A stretch of DNA of 64,000 nucleotides from an uncultured Chloroflexia bacterium. Lineage in GTDB: Bacteria; Chloroflexota; Limnocylindria; Limnocylindrales; CSP1-4. Both the position numbers and the translations under genes were made by a program. Below the pieces are notes generated by a model, which had not been told where the DNA came from, did no database searches, and worked only from the letters and a program-made list of their open reading frames with translations. Positions 46,724 to 56,822 of the stretch are shown here, piece by piece; position 1 is the first letter of the stretch, and each line of letters opens with the position of its first letter. The DNA is taken from contig CAWFXA010000003.1 in the NCBI GenBank assembly GCA_963819655.1, positions 256,001 through 320,000 of the forward strand. Direction: 5' to 3'.

Positions 46724-47769
46724 CGACTGCGGGCCCTGGCAGCGGGCCCGACGGCGCGCCGACCGCGATCGCGCTGAGCCCGATCCTGTCGGCCCGCTAT
46801 CGATCGCGCGACCTCGAGAGGATCCGCGCGGCGGCGCCGGGTGCGCGTCTTGTCACGGTGTCCGTCGAAGGGCTGGCCGACGGGCCGCTCGACGACGTCG
46901 AGGTCATGCTCCGCGGCTGGCTGAGCTCGGACGCCTTCGATCGTCTGTTGGTCCGAGCGCCCCGGCTCGCCTGGGTGCACTCGGCGACGTCGGGCGTGGA
47001 ACGGGCGCTCACCCCGGCGGCGCGCGAACGCGGCCTCATCGTCACGAACGCGCGGGGCGTGTTCAGCCGGCCGATCGCCGAATACGTGCTGATGATGATC
47101 CTCGCGGTGAGCCGGCGGCTGCCCCAGCTCCTGGAGCTGCAGCGGGAACGGACGTGGCAGCCGCTCGAGGGCACCGAATTGCGCGACGTGACCGTTGGCA
47201 TCGTCGGACTCGGCTCGATCGGTCGGGCGGTCGGCGCGCTCGCGACGGCGTTCGGCTGCCGGGTCGTGGCGGTCCGCCGCCGACCCGACGGGGATGGGGC
47301 GGTCGCAACGGGCGACGGCGACGAGCCGTTCGTTGGCGAGCCGATGCTCGATCGCGTCGGCGGCCCCGAGACACTCCCCGAGCTGCTCGGCGAATCGGAC
47401 TTCATCGTTCTCGCGGCACCACTGACGCCGCAGACCGAGGACATGATCGATGCCGATGCGCTCGCCATGGTCAAGCCCGGCGCGTGGCTGATCAATGTCG
47501 CGCGTGGTCGCCTCATCGATGAGCGGGCGCTGCTCCGGGCGCTGCGCGACGGCCCGCTCGGTGGCGCGATCCTGGACACGTTCCGCGACGAACCGCTGCC
47601 GCCGACGTCGTCGTTCTACGACCTGCCGAACGTCATCGTGACGCCGCACACGGCGTGGTCGAGCGGCCGCGTGCTCGACCGCAGCGTCGAGCTGTTCTGC
47701 GACAACCTGCGCCTGTTCGCGAAGGGCGAGCCGCTGCTCAACGTCGTCGACCCGGCCGCAGGCTACTGA
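46720..47769 (+). CDS. D-2-hydroxyacid dehydrogenase
   Basis: GTG 46720; 'TNARG', 'GLGSIG', 'INVARG', 'EPLP', 'TPH'. Confidence 0.92.
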   Translation: MTTAGPGSGPDGAPTAIALSPILSARYRSRDLERIRAAAPGARLVTVSVEGLADGPLDDVEVMLRGWLSSDAFDRLLVRAPRLAWVHSATSGVERALTPAARERGLIVTNARGVFSRPIAEYVLMMILAVSRRLPQLLELQRERTWQPLEGTELRDVTVGIVGLGSIGRAVGALATAFGCRVVAVRRRPDGDGAVATGDGDEPFVGEPMLDRVGGPETLPELLGESDFIVLAAPLTPQTEDMIDADALAMVKPGAWLINVARGRLIDERALLRALRDGPLGGAILDTFRDEPLPPTSSFYDLPNVIVTPHTAWSSGRVLDRSVELFCDNLRLFAKGEPLLNVVDPAAGY

Positions 47770-47771
47770 CC

Positions 47772-48875
47772 GTGCAGATCGCGATCGTCGGGCTTGCCGG
47801 GAGCGGCAAGACGACCGTCTTCAACACGCTGACCCGCGGCCACGCTGAGACCGGCGGGTACGGCGGGGTCACTCTCAATGTCGGGGTCGTGAAGGTCCCC
47901 GATGAGCGCCTCGGGCGGCTGGCCGAGATCTTCAGCCCGAAGAAGATCGTCCAGGCCGACGTCACCTACGTCGATCTGCCCGCGCCACCCGCGTCCACCG
48001 AGGGCCGCGTCGGCACGGAGGAGCTGCCGGCCGACCACCTCGCGCGGCTGCGTGACTCCGATGCGCTGCTCCACGTCGTCCGCGCGTTCGAGGACGCAGC
48101 TCACCCGCATCCGGCCGGAAGCGTCGATCCCGCCCGCGACCTCGAGCAGCTCGATCTCGAGTTCACGCTCGCGGATCTGGCGATGACCGAGCGCCGGCTC
48201 GAGCGGCTCGCCGGCAGCGGCCGCCACGGCACCGCAGGGGAGCGCGAGGCGAACGAGCGCGAGGAGGTCGTCCTCCGGCGCATCCACGAGGGCCTCGAGG
48301 CGGGCACGCCGATTCGCGACCTCGGGCTCGATGCGGACGAGGCAAAGGCGATCCGCGGCTTTCGGTTCCTGACCGAGAAGCCCGTCCTGGTGCTGCTCAA
48401 CGTCGGGGAAGGCGACCTCGTGACGTCCCGGACCCTGGTCGACCGCATCGCCGCGGGCTATCCGCACCAGCAGGCGATGGTCGATGCGCTGTCTGCCAAG
48501 ATCGAGATGGAGCTCGGCGAGCTCGAGCCCGACGAGGCGGCGGTGTTCATGGAGGAGCTCGGCATCACGGAGTCGAGCCTGGACCGGGTCATCGCGCTGT
48601 CGTACCGGCTCCTGGGTCTCGTGTCGTTCCTTACTGCCGGGCCGGATGAGGTCCGCGCATGGCCGATCCACGACGGCTCGACGGCCGTGGACGCCGCGGG
48701 CGCGATCCACACCGACCTCGCCAAGGGCTTCATCCGCGCCGAGACCGTGTCCTACGACGACCTCGTCCGCCTGGGCTCGCTGGCCGAAGCACGCAAGGCC
48801 GGCCGGTTACGGTCCGAGGGGAAGACCTACCAGGTCAAGGACGGCGACGTGCTGGAGATCCTCTTCAGCCGCTGA
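47772..48875 (+). CDS. ychF: Ribosome-binding ATPase YchF
   Basis: 'GLAGSGKTT', 'VKVPDERL', 'HVVRAF', 'LTEKP', 'AGAIHTDLAKGFIRAE', 'EGKTYQVKDGD'. Confidence 0.94.
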   Translation: MQIAIVGLAGSGKTTVFNTLTRGHAETGGYGGVTLNVGVVKVPDERLGRLAEIFSPKKIVQADVTYVDLPAPPASTEGRVGTEELPADHLARLRDSDALLHVVRAFEDAAHPHPAGSVDPARDLEQLDLEFTLADLAMTERRLERLAGSGRHGTAGEREANEREEVVLRRIHEGLEAGTPIRDLGLDADEAKAIRGFRFLTEKPVLVLLNVGEGDLVTSRTLVDRIAAGYPHQQAMVDALSAKIEMELGELEPDEAAVFMEELGITESSLDRVIALSYRLLGLVSFLTAGPDEVRAWPIHDGSTAVDAAGAIHTDLAKGFIRAETVSYDDLVRLGSLAEARKAGRLRSEGKTYQVKDGDVLEILFSR

Positions 48876-48884
48876 CGTCCGGGG

Positions 48885-49271
48885 TCAGTTCGGGCGGCCG
48901 GGGTCCGGGTCGAAGTCCGCGAGGATCGTCCGGAAGTCGCCGCTCAGTTCGTCGCCCGGCTCGGTCTCGTCGTCATCGTCCTCGTCGTCCTCGTCGGTCT
49001 CGAACTCTGCGAGGAAGTTGTCCGCCTCCGTGGTCGACACGTTGACCGCGGCCGTGAGTGACTCGTCGCTGACGAACACGAAGCCATAGTCGCGCTCGAG
49101 GACGACCGCGATCGCCTCGACGAGCGTGTCACGCTCGTAGTTGTCCTTGACGTCGTGCCGGACCCGCTGGACCAGCTCGAAGAACTCCTGCGGCTCCCAC
49201 TCCGACTCGCTGACGACGATCGCATCGGAATAGACCTCGTCGTCGCCTTCGTGGAGCTCATAGAAGAACAA
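48885..49271 (-). CDS. Hypothetical highly acidic protein (128 aa)
   Basis: GAGG SD and TTG 49271; strong coding-type codon bias; roughly one third Asp/Glu. Confidence 0.75.
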   Translation of the reverse strand: MFFYELHEGDDEVYSDAIVVSESEWEPQEFFELVQRVRHDVKDNYERDTLVEAIAVVLERDYGFVFVSDESLTAAVNVSTTEADNFLAEFETDEDDEDDDDETEPGDELSGDFRTILADFDPDPGRPN

Positions 49272-49353
49272 TCGGGTACGCCTCGTCGATGGTGGTTCGG
49301 GTGCGGCAGTATACGCCGCACCGCCCCACAGCCCACCCGCCACGGGAGGTCCA

Positions 49354-50322
49354 ATGCCGCCACCTCGCGTCGAGGTCGTCCACGTCGGCTCGGCCGCGCG
49401 CGACATCGCACCCGACGATCCGCGCGGGTGGCGGCTCGGTGGCGGCGTCACCTACGCGGCGCTGACGACGGCCCGGCTCGGGCTGCGGACGGCGGCCGTC
49501 GTCGGCGTCGATGCGCTGGCCGCCAAGGCGGACGAGCTCGATGCGTTGCGCGACGCAGGTGTCGACATCCTCACGGTCGACCTGCCCGAGGGCCCGATCT
49601 TCCACAACGTCGAAACGCCGCGTGGTCGCGAGCAGACGGTGATCGCCCCGGGTGTGCCGGTCCGCCCGGTGCCATTGCCTGGGTCGTGGCGAGCCAGCCC
49701 GTCGTGGTCGCTGGTCCCTGTCGCGGCTGAGGTCGATGACGACTGGGCCGGAATCATCGGTCCGGATGCGATCGTCGCGGTCGCCTGGCAGGGGATGCTT
49801 CGCCGCCTCGAGGCAGGCACGCTCGTCGCGCGCATCCCGCCGACCGATCGAGCGATCCTCCGTCGCGCCGACCTCGTCGGCCTGAGCCACCTCGACGTGG
49901 CGCGCGACACGTCGCTCGGTGACCTCACCGGCTTCCTGCATGGCGGCGCTCGACTCCTGGTGACCCAGGGCGGCCACGGCGGCCTGCTCGTCACGACCGG
50001 CGACGACGGACCAGCCGAGGTCCTGCGCTACCTGTCGACCCCGACCGAGCGTGAGGTGGACCCGACCGGAGCCGGCGACACGTTCCTGGCGGCGCTGCTC
50101 GCTGTCCTGGTCCGCCCGAGCGTGGCCGGGTCACCGGGACGGTCGCTCGCCCGGGCACTCCGCTTCGCCGCGGCGGCAGGGTCGCTCGCCGTCGAGGATG
50201 TCGGTCTGGCCGGCGTCCCGGATCGCACCTCGGTGCTCTTCCGGCGCGCGCGGGAGCGGGTGCGTCGCGCAGTGGTGCCGACGCTGTCGGCCCAGGTCGG
50301 CGTCGAGGATCCGCGGCAGTAG
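49354..50322 (+). CDS. PfkB family carbohydrate kinase
   Basis: 'LGGGVTYAAL', 'VTQG..G', 'VDPTGAGDTF'. Confidence 0.9.
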   Translation: MPPPRVEVVHVGSAARDIAPDDPRGWRLGGGVTYAALTTARLGLRTAAVVGVDALAAKADELDALRDAGVDILTVDLPEGPIFHNVETPRGREQTVIAPGVPVRPVPLPGSWRASPSWSLVPVAAEVDDDWAGIIGPDAIVAVAWQGMLRRLEAGTLVARIPPTDRAILRRADLVGLSHLDVARDTSLGDLTGFLHGGARLLVTQGGHGGLLVTTGDDGPAEVLRYLSTPTEREVDPTGAGDTFLAALLAVLVRPSVAGSPGRSLARALRFAAAAGSLAVEDVGLAGVPDRTSVLFRRARERVRRAVVPTLSAQVGVEDPRQ

Positions 50323-50372
50323 GGGAGCAGGGGCGGCGCGGCCGCGGCGGCGATCCAGCCTGCCCGCGAACC

Positions 50373-51380
50373 TCAGCCCGGCGCCGGCCCGCTCGACTCG
50401 CGAACCTGCAGGTCGACCGGCAAGCGGATCGTCTCCGGGCCGATCCCCTCGCCATCGCCAGTTAGCTGGGCCACGGCGCGGCGTCCCATCTCGTCGGTGC
50501 GCTGCGCGATCGTCGTCAGCGGCGGATCGATGTAGGCGGCGACCGCCACGTCGTCGAACCCGACGACGCTGGCATCCGCCGGGACACGCCGGCCGCGGCG
50601 CCGGAGCGCACGCAGCGCGCCGATCGCCATGAGGTCGTTGTAGGCCACGATCGCCGTCGTCTCGGGCGCCCGGTCCAGCAGGTCGTACGCCGCCCGTTCG
50701 CCGCCCCCGACCAGGGCCTCGCCGACGGTCGTCGTCAGCGCGTCTGGCGGACAGCCCGCCGCGACCAGTGCTGCGCGCACCCCGGCCACACGTTCCGGCG
50801 CGTCGACGTTGCGCGGCGGTGGGAGGAGGTAGCCGAACCGGCGATGACCCAGCGCGAGCAGGTGTTCGGTGGCGACCCGGCCGCCCTGCTCGTTGTCCGA
50901 CATGATCGCCGGCAAGCCGACGTCGGGTGCCGCGGTATTGACGAGGACCACCGGGATCGGTGGCGACGACAGCCACTCCATATGGCGGACCCCGAGACTG
51001 CTGGCCGCGATGATCAGGCCGTCGACCCGCCGGTCCGCCAGCAGGTCGAGGTAGGACGCCTCGCGCTCCGGGTCGTCGGCCGCATTGCACAGCAGAACGG
51101 AGTAGCCGGACGCCTGGGCGGCGTCCTCGACCGACCGCACGAGCTGCGGGAAGTACGGGTTCTCGATGTCCGTGATGATCAAGCCGAGCGTCTGGGTCGA
51201 CCGCCGCTTCAGGGATCGGGCGACCTCGGACGGGCGGTAGTCGAGGGCGCGCGCGGCCTCGAGGACACGGGCCTTCGTCTCGGGCCGGGCGCGCCCGACG
51301 CCTGCCAGCACGCGGCTGACGGTCGCGGTCGACACGCCGGCCCGTGCCGCGACATCGGCGATCGTGGCCGTCATCGGCAT
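50373..51380 (-). CDS. LacI family transcriptional regulator
   Basis: 'TIADVAARAGVSTATVSRVL', 'NPYF', 'NDLMAIG', 'VVGFDD', 'PPLTTI'. Confidence 0.96.
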   Translation of the reverse strand: MPMTATIADVAARAGVSTATVSRVLAGVGRARPETKARVLEAARALDYRPSEVARSLKRRSTQTLGLIITDIENPYFPQLVRSVEDAAQASGYSVLLCNAADDPEREASYLDLLADRRVDGLIIAASSLGVRHMEWLSSPPIPVVLVNTAAPDVGLPAIMSDNEQGGRVATEHLLALGHRRFGYLLPPPRNVDAPERVAGVRAALVAAGCPPDALTTTVGEALVGGGERAAYDLLDRAPETTAIVAYNDLMAIGALRALRRRGRRVPADASVVGFDDVAVAAYIDPPLTTIAQRTDEMGRRAVAQLTGDGEGIGPETIRLPVDLQVRESSGPAPG

Positions 51381-51429
51381 CGCCGCGGATGCGGCGGGAC
51401 AGCCGGCGCCGCCGTCAGCGGCCCCGGCC

Positions 51430-52326
51430 TCAGTGGCTTACCGTCGGTCCGGGCGCCGGCGGTGCCGACGCGGGCGGCCTGCGCTCGCTCTTCGCCAGCG
51501 CCTCGAGCTCGCGCGTCAGCTCGTGCAGCTCGTCACCACCGCCCATCTGGCTGTGCAGCTGATCGGCATCGACCTCGCCGCGACTGAACTGACCGCCGGT
51601 CCGGCCGCGCGACAGGATCGTGAACGTGTCGCCGATCGGCAGCGCGTGCGAGACGTTGTGGGTGATGAAGATGACCCCGAGGCCGCGGTTGCGGGCCGCG
51701 ACGATGTGGCGCAGCACGATCGCCGATTGCTTCACGCCGAGAGCCGACGTTGGCTCGTCGAGGATGAGCACGCGGGCCCCGAAGTACTCGGCTCGGGCGA
51801 TGGCAAGCGTCTGGCGTTCGCCGCCCGACAGCGTGCCAACGGCCTGGTCGGTGTCGCGCACGTCGATGCCGATGCGCTTCATCTCCTCCCGGGCGATCCC
51901 AGCCGCCTTGGGCAGATCGAACCGCTTGAACGGCCCGACACCGACCGTCGGCTCATTGCCGAGGAAGAAGTTGCGAGTGACGCTCATCAGGGGCATCACC
52001 GACAGGTCCTGGTAGACCGTGGCGATGCCCGCGTCGAGCGCGTCGCGCGGCGATCCGAACTCGACGGGCTGGCCATCAACGGCGAGCGTGCCCTTGTCCG
52101 GGCGGTACACGCCCGACAGTGTCTTGATCAGCGTCGACTTCCCGGCGCCGTTGTCGCCGAGCAGGCACGTGACCTGGCCGGCGCGGACCTCCAGGGACAC
52201 GCCTTCGATGGCAACGACCGCACCGAAGTATTTCGAGATGTCGCGCGCCTCGAGCAGTGGGGTCTGGTCCGCGGCGGCGGCCGGCGTCGCCTCCATGAGG
52301 GCGTCGGTCATGGGGGTCGGATCCAT
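51430..52326 (-). CDS. Sugar/inositol ABC transporter ATP-binding protein
   Basis: 'GDNGAGKST', 'LSGGERQ', '[10 protein letters not shown]', 'ITHN'. Confidence 0.94.
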   Translation of the reverse strand: MDPTPMTDALMEATPAAAADQTPLLEARDISKYFGAVVAIEGVSLEVRAGQVTCLLGDNGAGKSTLIKTLSGVYRPDKGTLAVDGQPVEFGSPRDALDAGIATVYQDLSVMPLMSVTRNFFLGNEPTVGVGPFKRFDLPKAAGIAREEMKRIGIDVRDTDQAVGTLSGGERQTLAIARAEYFGARVLILDEPTSALGVKQSAIVLRHIVAARNRGLGVIFITHNVSHALPIGDTFTILSRGRTGGQFSRGEVDADQLHSQMGGGDELHELTRELEALAKSERRPPASAPPAPGPTVSH

Positions 52327-52338
52327 GGGTCTGCCCTC

Positions 52339-53418
52339 CTACGTCAGTCCGGCGAACCGACGCCGGATCCAGTTGTTGAGGACGACGGCGACCAGCAGCA
52401 GCGTGCCGATCGCGATCTTGTACCAGTCGGCATTGATATCGGCGAAGACGATGCCCTGACGGGCCATCCCCAGCGCCAGCGCTCCGAGCGCGGTGCCGGC
52501 GACCGAGCCGTAGCCGCCGGTCAGCAGCGATCCGCCGATGACCGCGGTCGTGATCGCATCGAGCTCGATGCCGGTGCCACGCAGGATATCGGCCGAGTTG
52601 AACCGCACGCTCTGGATGGCCGCCAGGATCGAGGCCGACAAGGCCGTCATGGCGAACAGGGCGATCTTGACCCGCGCGACCGGCACGCCGAGGTTGCGCG
52701 CGGCACCGGCCGAGCCACCCACGCCCGCGATCCAGTTGCCAAAGCGAGTCCGGCCCAGCACGTAGCTGCCGACGACCGCGATGACGATCCAGATGAGGAT
52801 CGAGATCTGCAGGGTCCCGCTCTGATCCCCGAGCGAGATCGGCATGCTCCACCCGAAGAACTCCGCGAGCGGGTCGCCGGCGATCCGTGTCGGGTCGATC
52901 GGGATGTAGGTGATGTTCGTGACGGTCGACGTCAGCACCGATGACGCGCCGCGGATGATGAACAGCGTGGCCAGCGTGACGATGAACGACGGAAGTCCCG
53001 TCCGCACCACGATGAGGCCGTTGATGACCCCGAGGAACGTGGTCGCGATCATCGCCATGATGATCGACAGCCAGACCGGCAGACCCCAGATGGTGACGCC
53101 GATGCCGATGAGGATCCCGGCGAAGCCGACCATCGAGCCGATCGACAGGTCGAACTCACCGGCGATCATGAGCAGGGCCACCGCGGTGGCGACGATGCCG
53201 ACCTGGGCGGCGACATCGAGGTAGTTGAGCGTGCCCGGGATGCTCATGAAGGCGGTGTTCCCACGGGCCAACGAGATCGCCGCGAAGACGACCCACACGA
53301 ACACGACGATGATCAGGGCGCCCGCGGCCGGGCGCGCCAGGATGCGCTGGGTGAGGGAGAGGTTGCGGAGTCTGTCCGATCCCGGTGCTCGCGGGGGCGC
53401 GGTCGTCGTGCTCGCCAT
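52339..53418 (-). CDS. Sugar/inositol ABC transporter permease (RbsC type)
   Basis: 'IAGEFDLSIGS', 'LPSFIVTL', 'TRFGNW', 'VIGGSLLTGGYGS'. Confidence 0.94.
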   Translation of the reverse strand: MASTTTAPPRAPGSDRLRNLSLTQRILARPAAGALIIVVFVWVVFAAISLARGNTAFMSIPGTLNYLDVAAQVGIVATAVALLMIAGEFDLSIGSMVGFAGILIGIGVTIWGLPVWLSIIMAMIATTFLGVINGLIVVRTGLPSFIVTLATLFIIRGASSVLTSTVTNITYIPIDPTRIAGDPLAEFFGWSMPISLGDQSGTLQISILIWIVIAVVGSYVLGRTRFGNWIAGVGGSAGAARNLGVPVARVKIALFAMTALSASILAAIQSVRFNSADILRGTGIELDAITTAVIGGSLLTGGYGSVAGTALGALALGMARQGIVFADINADWYKIAIGTLLLVAVVLNNWIRRRFAGLT

Positions 53419-53437
53419 CGTTCCCTCCGAGGTGATC

Positions 53438-53466
53438 GGGAGGGACCGACCTGGCCGGTCCCTCCC
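53438..53466 (-). terminator. Stem-loop downstream of the binding-protein gene
   Basis: Perfect 11-bp inverted repeat GGGAGGGACCG/CGGTCCCTCCC with a 7-nt loop. Confidence 0.65.
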
Positions 53467-53499
53467 ATGCGCCGGTGACGCCGACGCGCGAGCGCTAGG

Positions 53500-54504
53500 T
53501 CAGCGGAGACCCTTGGCGGCGAGACCGATGACGGCCTCGGCGTCCGCCTGGGTCACGAACCCTGGGCCGGTCATGATCAAGCCCTGGCCGTTGCCGGTGG
53601 GCAGGTTCTTGGTCTCGGCGTAGTTCGTGAGGATGACGATCGGCAGGTAGCCCTGGAGGAACTGCTGCTGATCGATCGCGAAGTCCATCTTCCCGTCCTT
53701 GATCGCCGTCAGCACGTCGGCGCTGAGGTCGAAGGTCGCGAGATGGATGGTCTTGCCGGAGGCCGCCACGGCGTCGAGCGCCGGCTTGGCCACCGAGGGT
53801 CCGAGGGTCAGGATGCCGTCGATGGTCGCGTCGGCCGCGAGGGCCGCCTCGATCGCCGCCTGCATGCCGGCCGGGTCGGAGATGTTGCCGGTCAGGACCT
53901 CGCCCGTCTCGCTGTCCGTCAGGCCCTTGAAGAACCCGTTGCAGCGCAGAGTGAGAGCCTGGTTGCCCACTTCCTGGTTGAAGCAGACCGCGTTCTTGAC
54001 GCCGGCCTCCTTGAACCGTGCGCCGGCTCCGAGGCCCGCCTCATACTCGGTCTGACCGACATGGGCCAGGACACCCAGGTCCCGGAACACGTCAGAACCG
54101 GAGTTCATCGACACGACCGGGATGCCGGCGTCGACGGCCTTCTGGATCGCCGGCCCGAGCGCGTCGGGGTTCGGGATCGAGACGACCAGTCCGGTCGGCT
54201 TCTTGGCGATCGCGGCGTCGATGAGCGAGACCATGCCGGGCATGTCGCTCTCGGCGCTCGGGGCGTTGTAGGTCGCCGTGACGCCCATGTCGGCCGCGCC
54301 GGCCTTCACGCCGTTGCGGACCACGCCCCAGAAACCGTCCTGGGCCTGGCCGTGGGTGACGTACTCGATCTTGATGTCGGCGCGCTTGACGAGCGCGCCG
54401 TCGAGGGCTGCCGCGGCCGAGCCGGTCGGCGTGCCTGACGTACAGGCTCCCACGATCATTGCCGCGCCCGCGAGCGCGACGATCGTCTTGCTCCTCAGAT
54501 TCAT
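53500..54504 (-). CDS. Inositol-type sugar ABC transporter substrate-binding lipoprotein
   Basis: Lipobox 'IVGAC', 'VTHG...[10 protein letters not shown]', '[10 protein letters not shown]', 'TFDLS', '[11 protein letters not shown]', 'TGP.FVT'. Confidence 0.92.
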   Translation of the reverse strand: MNLRSKTIVALAGAAMIVGACTSGTPTGSAAAALDGALVKRADIKIEYVTHGQAQDGFWGVVRNGVKAGAADMGVTATYNAPSAESDMPGMVSLIDAAIAKKPTGLVVSIPNPDALGPAIQKAVDAGIPVVSMNSGSDVFRDLGVLAHVGQTEYEAGLGAGARFKEAGVKNAVCFNQEVGNQALTLRCNGFFKGLTDSETGEVLTGNISDPAGMQAAIEAALAADATIDGILTLGPSVAKPALDAVAASGKTIHLATFDLSADVLTAIKDGKMDFAIDQQQFLQGYLPIVILTNYAETKNLPTGNGQGLIMTGPGFVTQADAEAVIGLAAKGLR

Positions 54505-54668
54505 ACGGTTCGTTCTCCTCCGATGTGCCGCGGCGTCTGCCGCGGTCCCGATCTCAGCCGCCCGCAGGGCGGATCCGAGGGTTCGCTGCTGTCGGTTCGC
54601 GGCCAGCCTGGCCGCCATGGACACCTCCTTTCGTCCGGTCGTCCCGAGGGTCGGGTCCGATCCGGCCC

Positions 54669-55667
54669 TCAGCCGGGGATCTCCGCGAGCCGCACGGGTC
54701 GGTGTTCGTGGAGCGAGCGATCGGCCGCTTCGGCGATGCGGAGGGCCGCAAGGCCATCGGCGGCGGTGCATGGTGACGATGCATCGCCACGGGCGACCGC
54801 GACGAATGCCGCGAGTTCGGCAGCATAAGCCGACTCGAACCGTACGAGGAAGTCTTTCCACGCAGGCCCGGGTGGCGGGGGAACGCCGGGTTCGACGGAG
54901 CGCAGCGGGGTCTTCGGGCCGAGGCCCACCGCCACGCTGTCCTTCGAGCCGAAGACCTCGGCCCGGATGTCATAGCCCAGGGGGTCGTGCCGGGTGACGG
55001 TCATCGCGGTCAGCGGGCCGTCGATGAGACGGAGCGTCACGACGGCGGTGTCCACGTCCCCGTACTTCGCGAAGACCGGGAAGGCGCGCACGGCACCGTC
55101 GGCGTAGACCTCCTCGACCTCGCAGCCGGTCATCCAGCGCAGGACGTCGAAGTCGTGGATCGAGAAGTCGCGGAAGAGGCCGCCCGACTGCGCGATGTAC
55201 GCCTCGTGCGCCGGCTCCGGGTCGTGCCCGGCCAGACGCACCGCATAGAGCGTCCCGAGGTCGCCGCCGTGGACCAGCCGGTGGACCTCACGGTAGGCCG
55301 GGTCGAAGCGGCGCTGGAAGCCGAGCTGGAACGGGGCGCCTGACGCGTCGATGTCCGCGGCGAGCGCGATCGTCTCGTCGAGGTTCGCGGCGAGTGGCTT
55401 CTCACAGAACGTCGGGAGCCCCCGACCGATCGACGCCCGAATGAGCTCGGCGTGGGCGCCCGTGGCGGCTGCGATGACGATGGCGTCGGCGGCGTCCAGC
55501 GCCGCGTCCATCGAGGGGGCCACGCTGGCACCGACCGACGAGGCTACCTCGGCCGCACGATCCGCGTCGACGTCGCCGATCACGAGTGAATCGATGCCCT
55601 CCGTCGCGCTGAGGAGACGGGCATGGAGCTTGCCGATCCGGCCCGCCCCGAGCAGAGCGACCTTCAT
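54669..55667 (-). CDS. iolG: myo-Inositol 2-dehydrogenase-like (Gfo/Idh/MocA)
   Basis: 'GAGRIG', 'FCEKP', 'GFQRRFDP', '[14 protein letters not shown]', '[10 protein letters not shown]'. Confidence 0.88.
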   Translation of the reverse strand: MKVALLGAGRIGKLHARLLSATEGIDSLVIGDVDADRAAEVASSVGASVAPSMDAALDAADAIVIAAATGAHAELIRASIGRGLPTFCEKPLAANLDETIALAADIDASGAPFQLGFQRRFDPAYREVHRLVHGGDLGTLYAVRLAGHDPEPAHEAYIAQSGGLFRDFSIHDFDVLRWMTGCEVEEVYADGAVRAFPVFAKYGDVDTAVVTLRLIDGPLTAMTVTRHDPLGYDIRAEVFGSKDSVAVGLGPKTPLRSVEPGVPPPPGPAWKDFLVRFESAYAAELAAFVAVARGDASSPCTAADGLAALRIAEAADRSLHEHRPVRLAEIPG

Positions 55668-56635
55668 GCCAGGGCTCCAGAAGGGCCGGCGCGGCCGTGC
55701 CGACGCAGCGTCGACCCGAGGACGCGCCGCCCGATCGCGGCGCTCTCCGACGGCGGGCCCCATGCGCTGTCCTGCTCGACCATCAGCCAGCCGGCGTAGT
55801 CGCGCTCGACCAGCGCCTCGATCACGCCGTCGAGATCGAGCATCCCGGCGCCGAGCTCCGTGAACAGCCGCTCGCGGACGGCGTGACCGAGCCCGTCGAG
55901 GGCACCCGATTGCAGCCCGGCGAGAACATCCGGGTCGACGTCCTTGAGATGGACGTGGGTGACGCGATCGGCCAGGTCGCGGATCGCCGCGACGGGGTCC
56001 CCGCCGCCGACGATGTGGTGCCCGACATCGAGGCAGATCCCGACACGGCTGGGGTCGGTGGAGGCCACGAGCCGGTCCACCTCCGCGGTCGTCTCGATGA
56101 ACGTCGCGCCATGCGGGTGGAAGGCGATCGGGCGTTCCGCGCGGTCCGCGATGTCGTGAAGGAGGTCGATCAGTGCGTCCCAGCCCGCATCGGTCAGCAC
56201 GGGTGTCCCTGGAGTCGTCGCGCGGCCCGCCAGTTCATCGCGACCCGGCGACCTGTGCAGCGCGACGCACAGGACCTCGCCGCCACCGTCGCGCAGCAGG
56301 CGGATCCGTTCGATCGCGACGTCGAGGGCTTCGGGTGTCGGTCCGTCCACGGTCGCAGGTAGCGGGACGTAGACCTCGGCAAGGCGCAGCTCGCGCCGGG
56401 CCAGCTCATCCCGCAGCTCGGCGCCCTCCGGGAACCCGTTGCCGAGCTGGGTACCCTCGTAGCCGGTCCGGGCGATCTCGTCGAGGACTGTCGCTGCGTC
56501 CAGGCCGGACGAGTCCGCGTGATCGGAGTTGATCCACAGCATCGGCACGGTGCCGATCGGGGATCGCGACAGTGCGTCGTCGGGGTGGCGGAGCGATGGC
56601 CGCACATCGTGACGAGCCGCTGTGACGGTGCTCAT
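55664..56635 (-). CDS. iolE: myo-Inosose-2 dehydratase-like TIM-barrel protein
   Basis: 'GYEGTQLG', 'FHPH..T.IET', 'LDVGH', 'HVHLKDV', 'FTELG.G', 'GWLMVEQD'. Confidence 0.82.
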   Translation of the reverse strand: MSTVTAARHDVRPSLRHPDDALSRSPIGTVPMLWINSDHADSSGLDAATVLDEIARTGYEGTQLGNGFPEGAELRDELARRELRLAEVYVPLPATVDGPTPEALDVAIERIRLLRDGGGEVLCVALHRSPGRDELAGRATTPGTPVLTDAGWDALIDLLHDIADRAERPIAFHPHGATFIETTAEVDRLVASTDPSRVGICLDVGHHIVGGGDPVAAIRDLADRVTHVHLKDVDPDVLAGLQSGALDGLGHAVRERLFTELGAGMLDLDGVIEALVERDYAGWLMVEQDSAWGPPSESAAIGRRVLGSTLRRHGRAGPSGALA

Positions 56636-56736
56636 CTGCGCCGACTCTCAGCCTCCCGAACGACCAGGGCGCGCGCAGTACGGGACGGGATTCGCGGGCA
56701 TGCGCGACGCGCGGACGACCCGGTCAACGCCCCTCC

Positions 56737-56764
56737 TTGCGCATTCCGCGTAATCGATTACCCT
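56737..56764 (+). promoter_or_regulatory. LacI-type operator within a candidate promoter between the divergent iol arms
   Basis: Perfect palindrome GTAATCGATTAC at 56750-56761, lying between TTGCGC (56737) and TACCCT (56759). Confidence 0.68.
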
Positions 56765-56822
56765 GAGTCGCGGACCGTATCGCACGGCACCATCGAGTGT
56801 CAATGCCGGATGTGGAGGATGG

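Noticed and set aside
49354-50322. PfkB kinase as iolC
   Set aside because: It is convergent to LacI, outside both iol arms, and lacks the IolC-type N-terminal 'GR..VDLY' motif; adjacency may be incidental.
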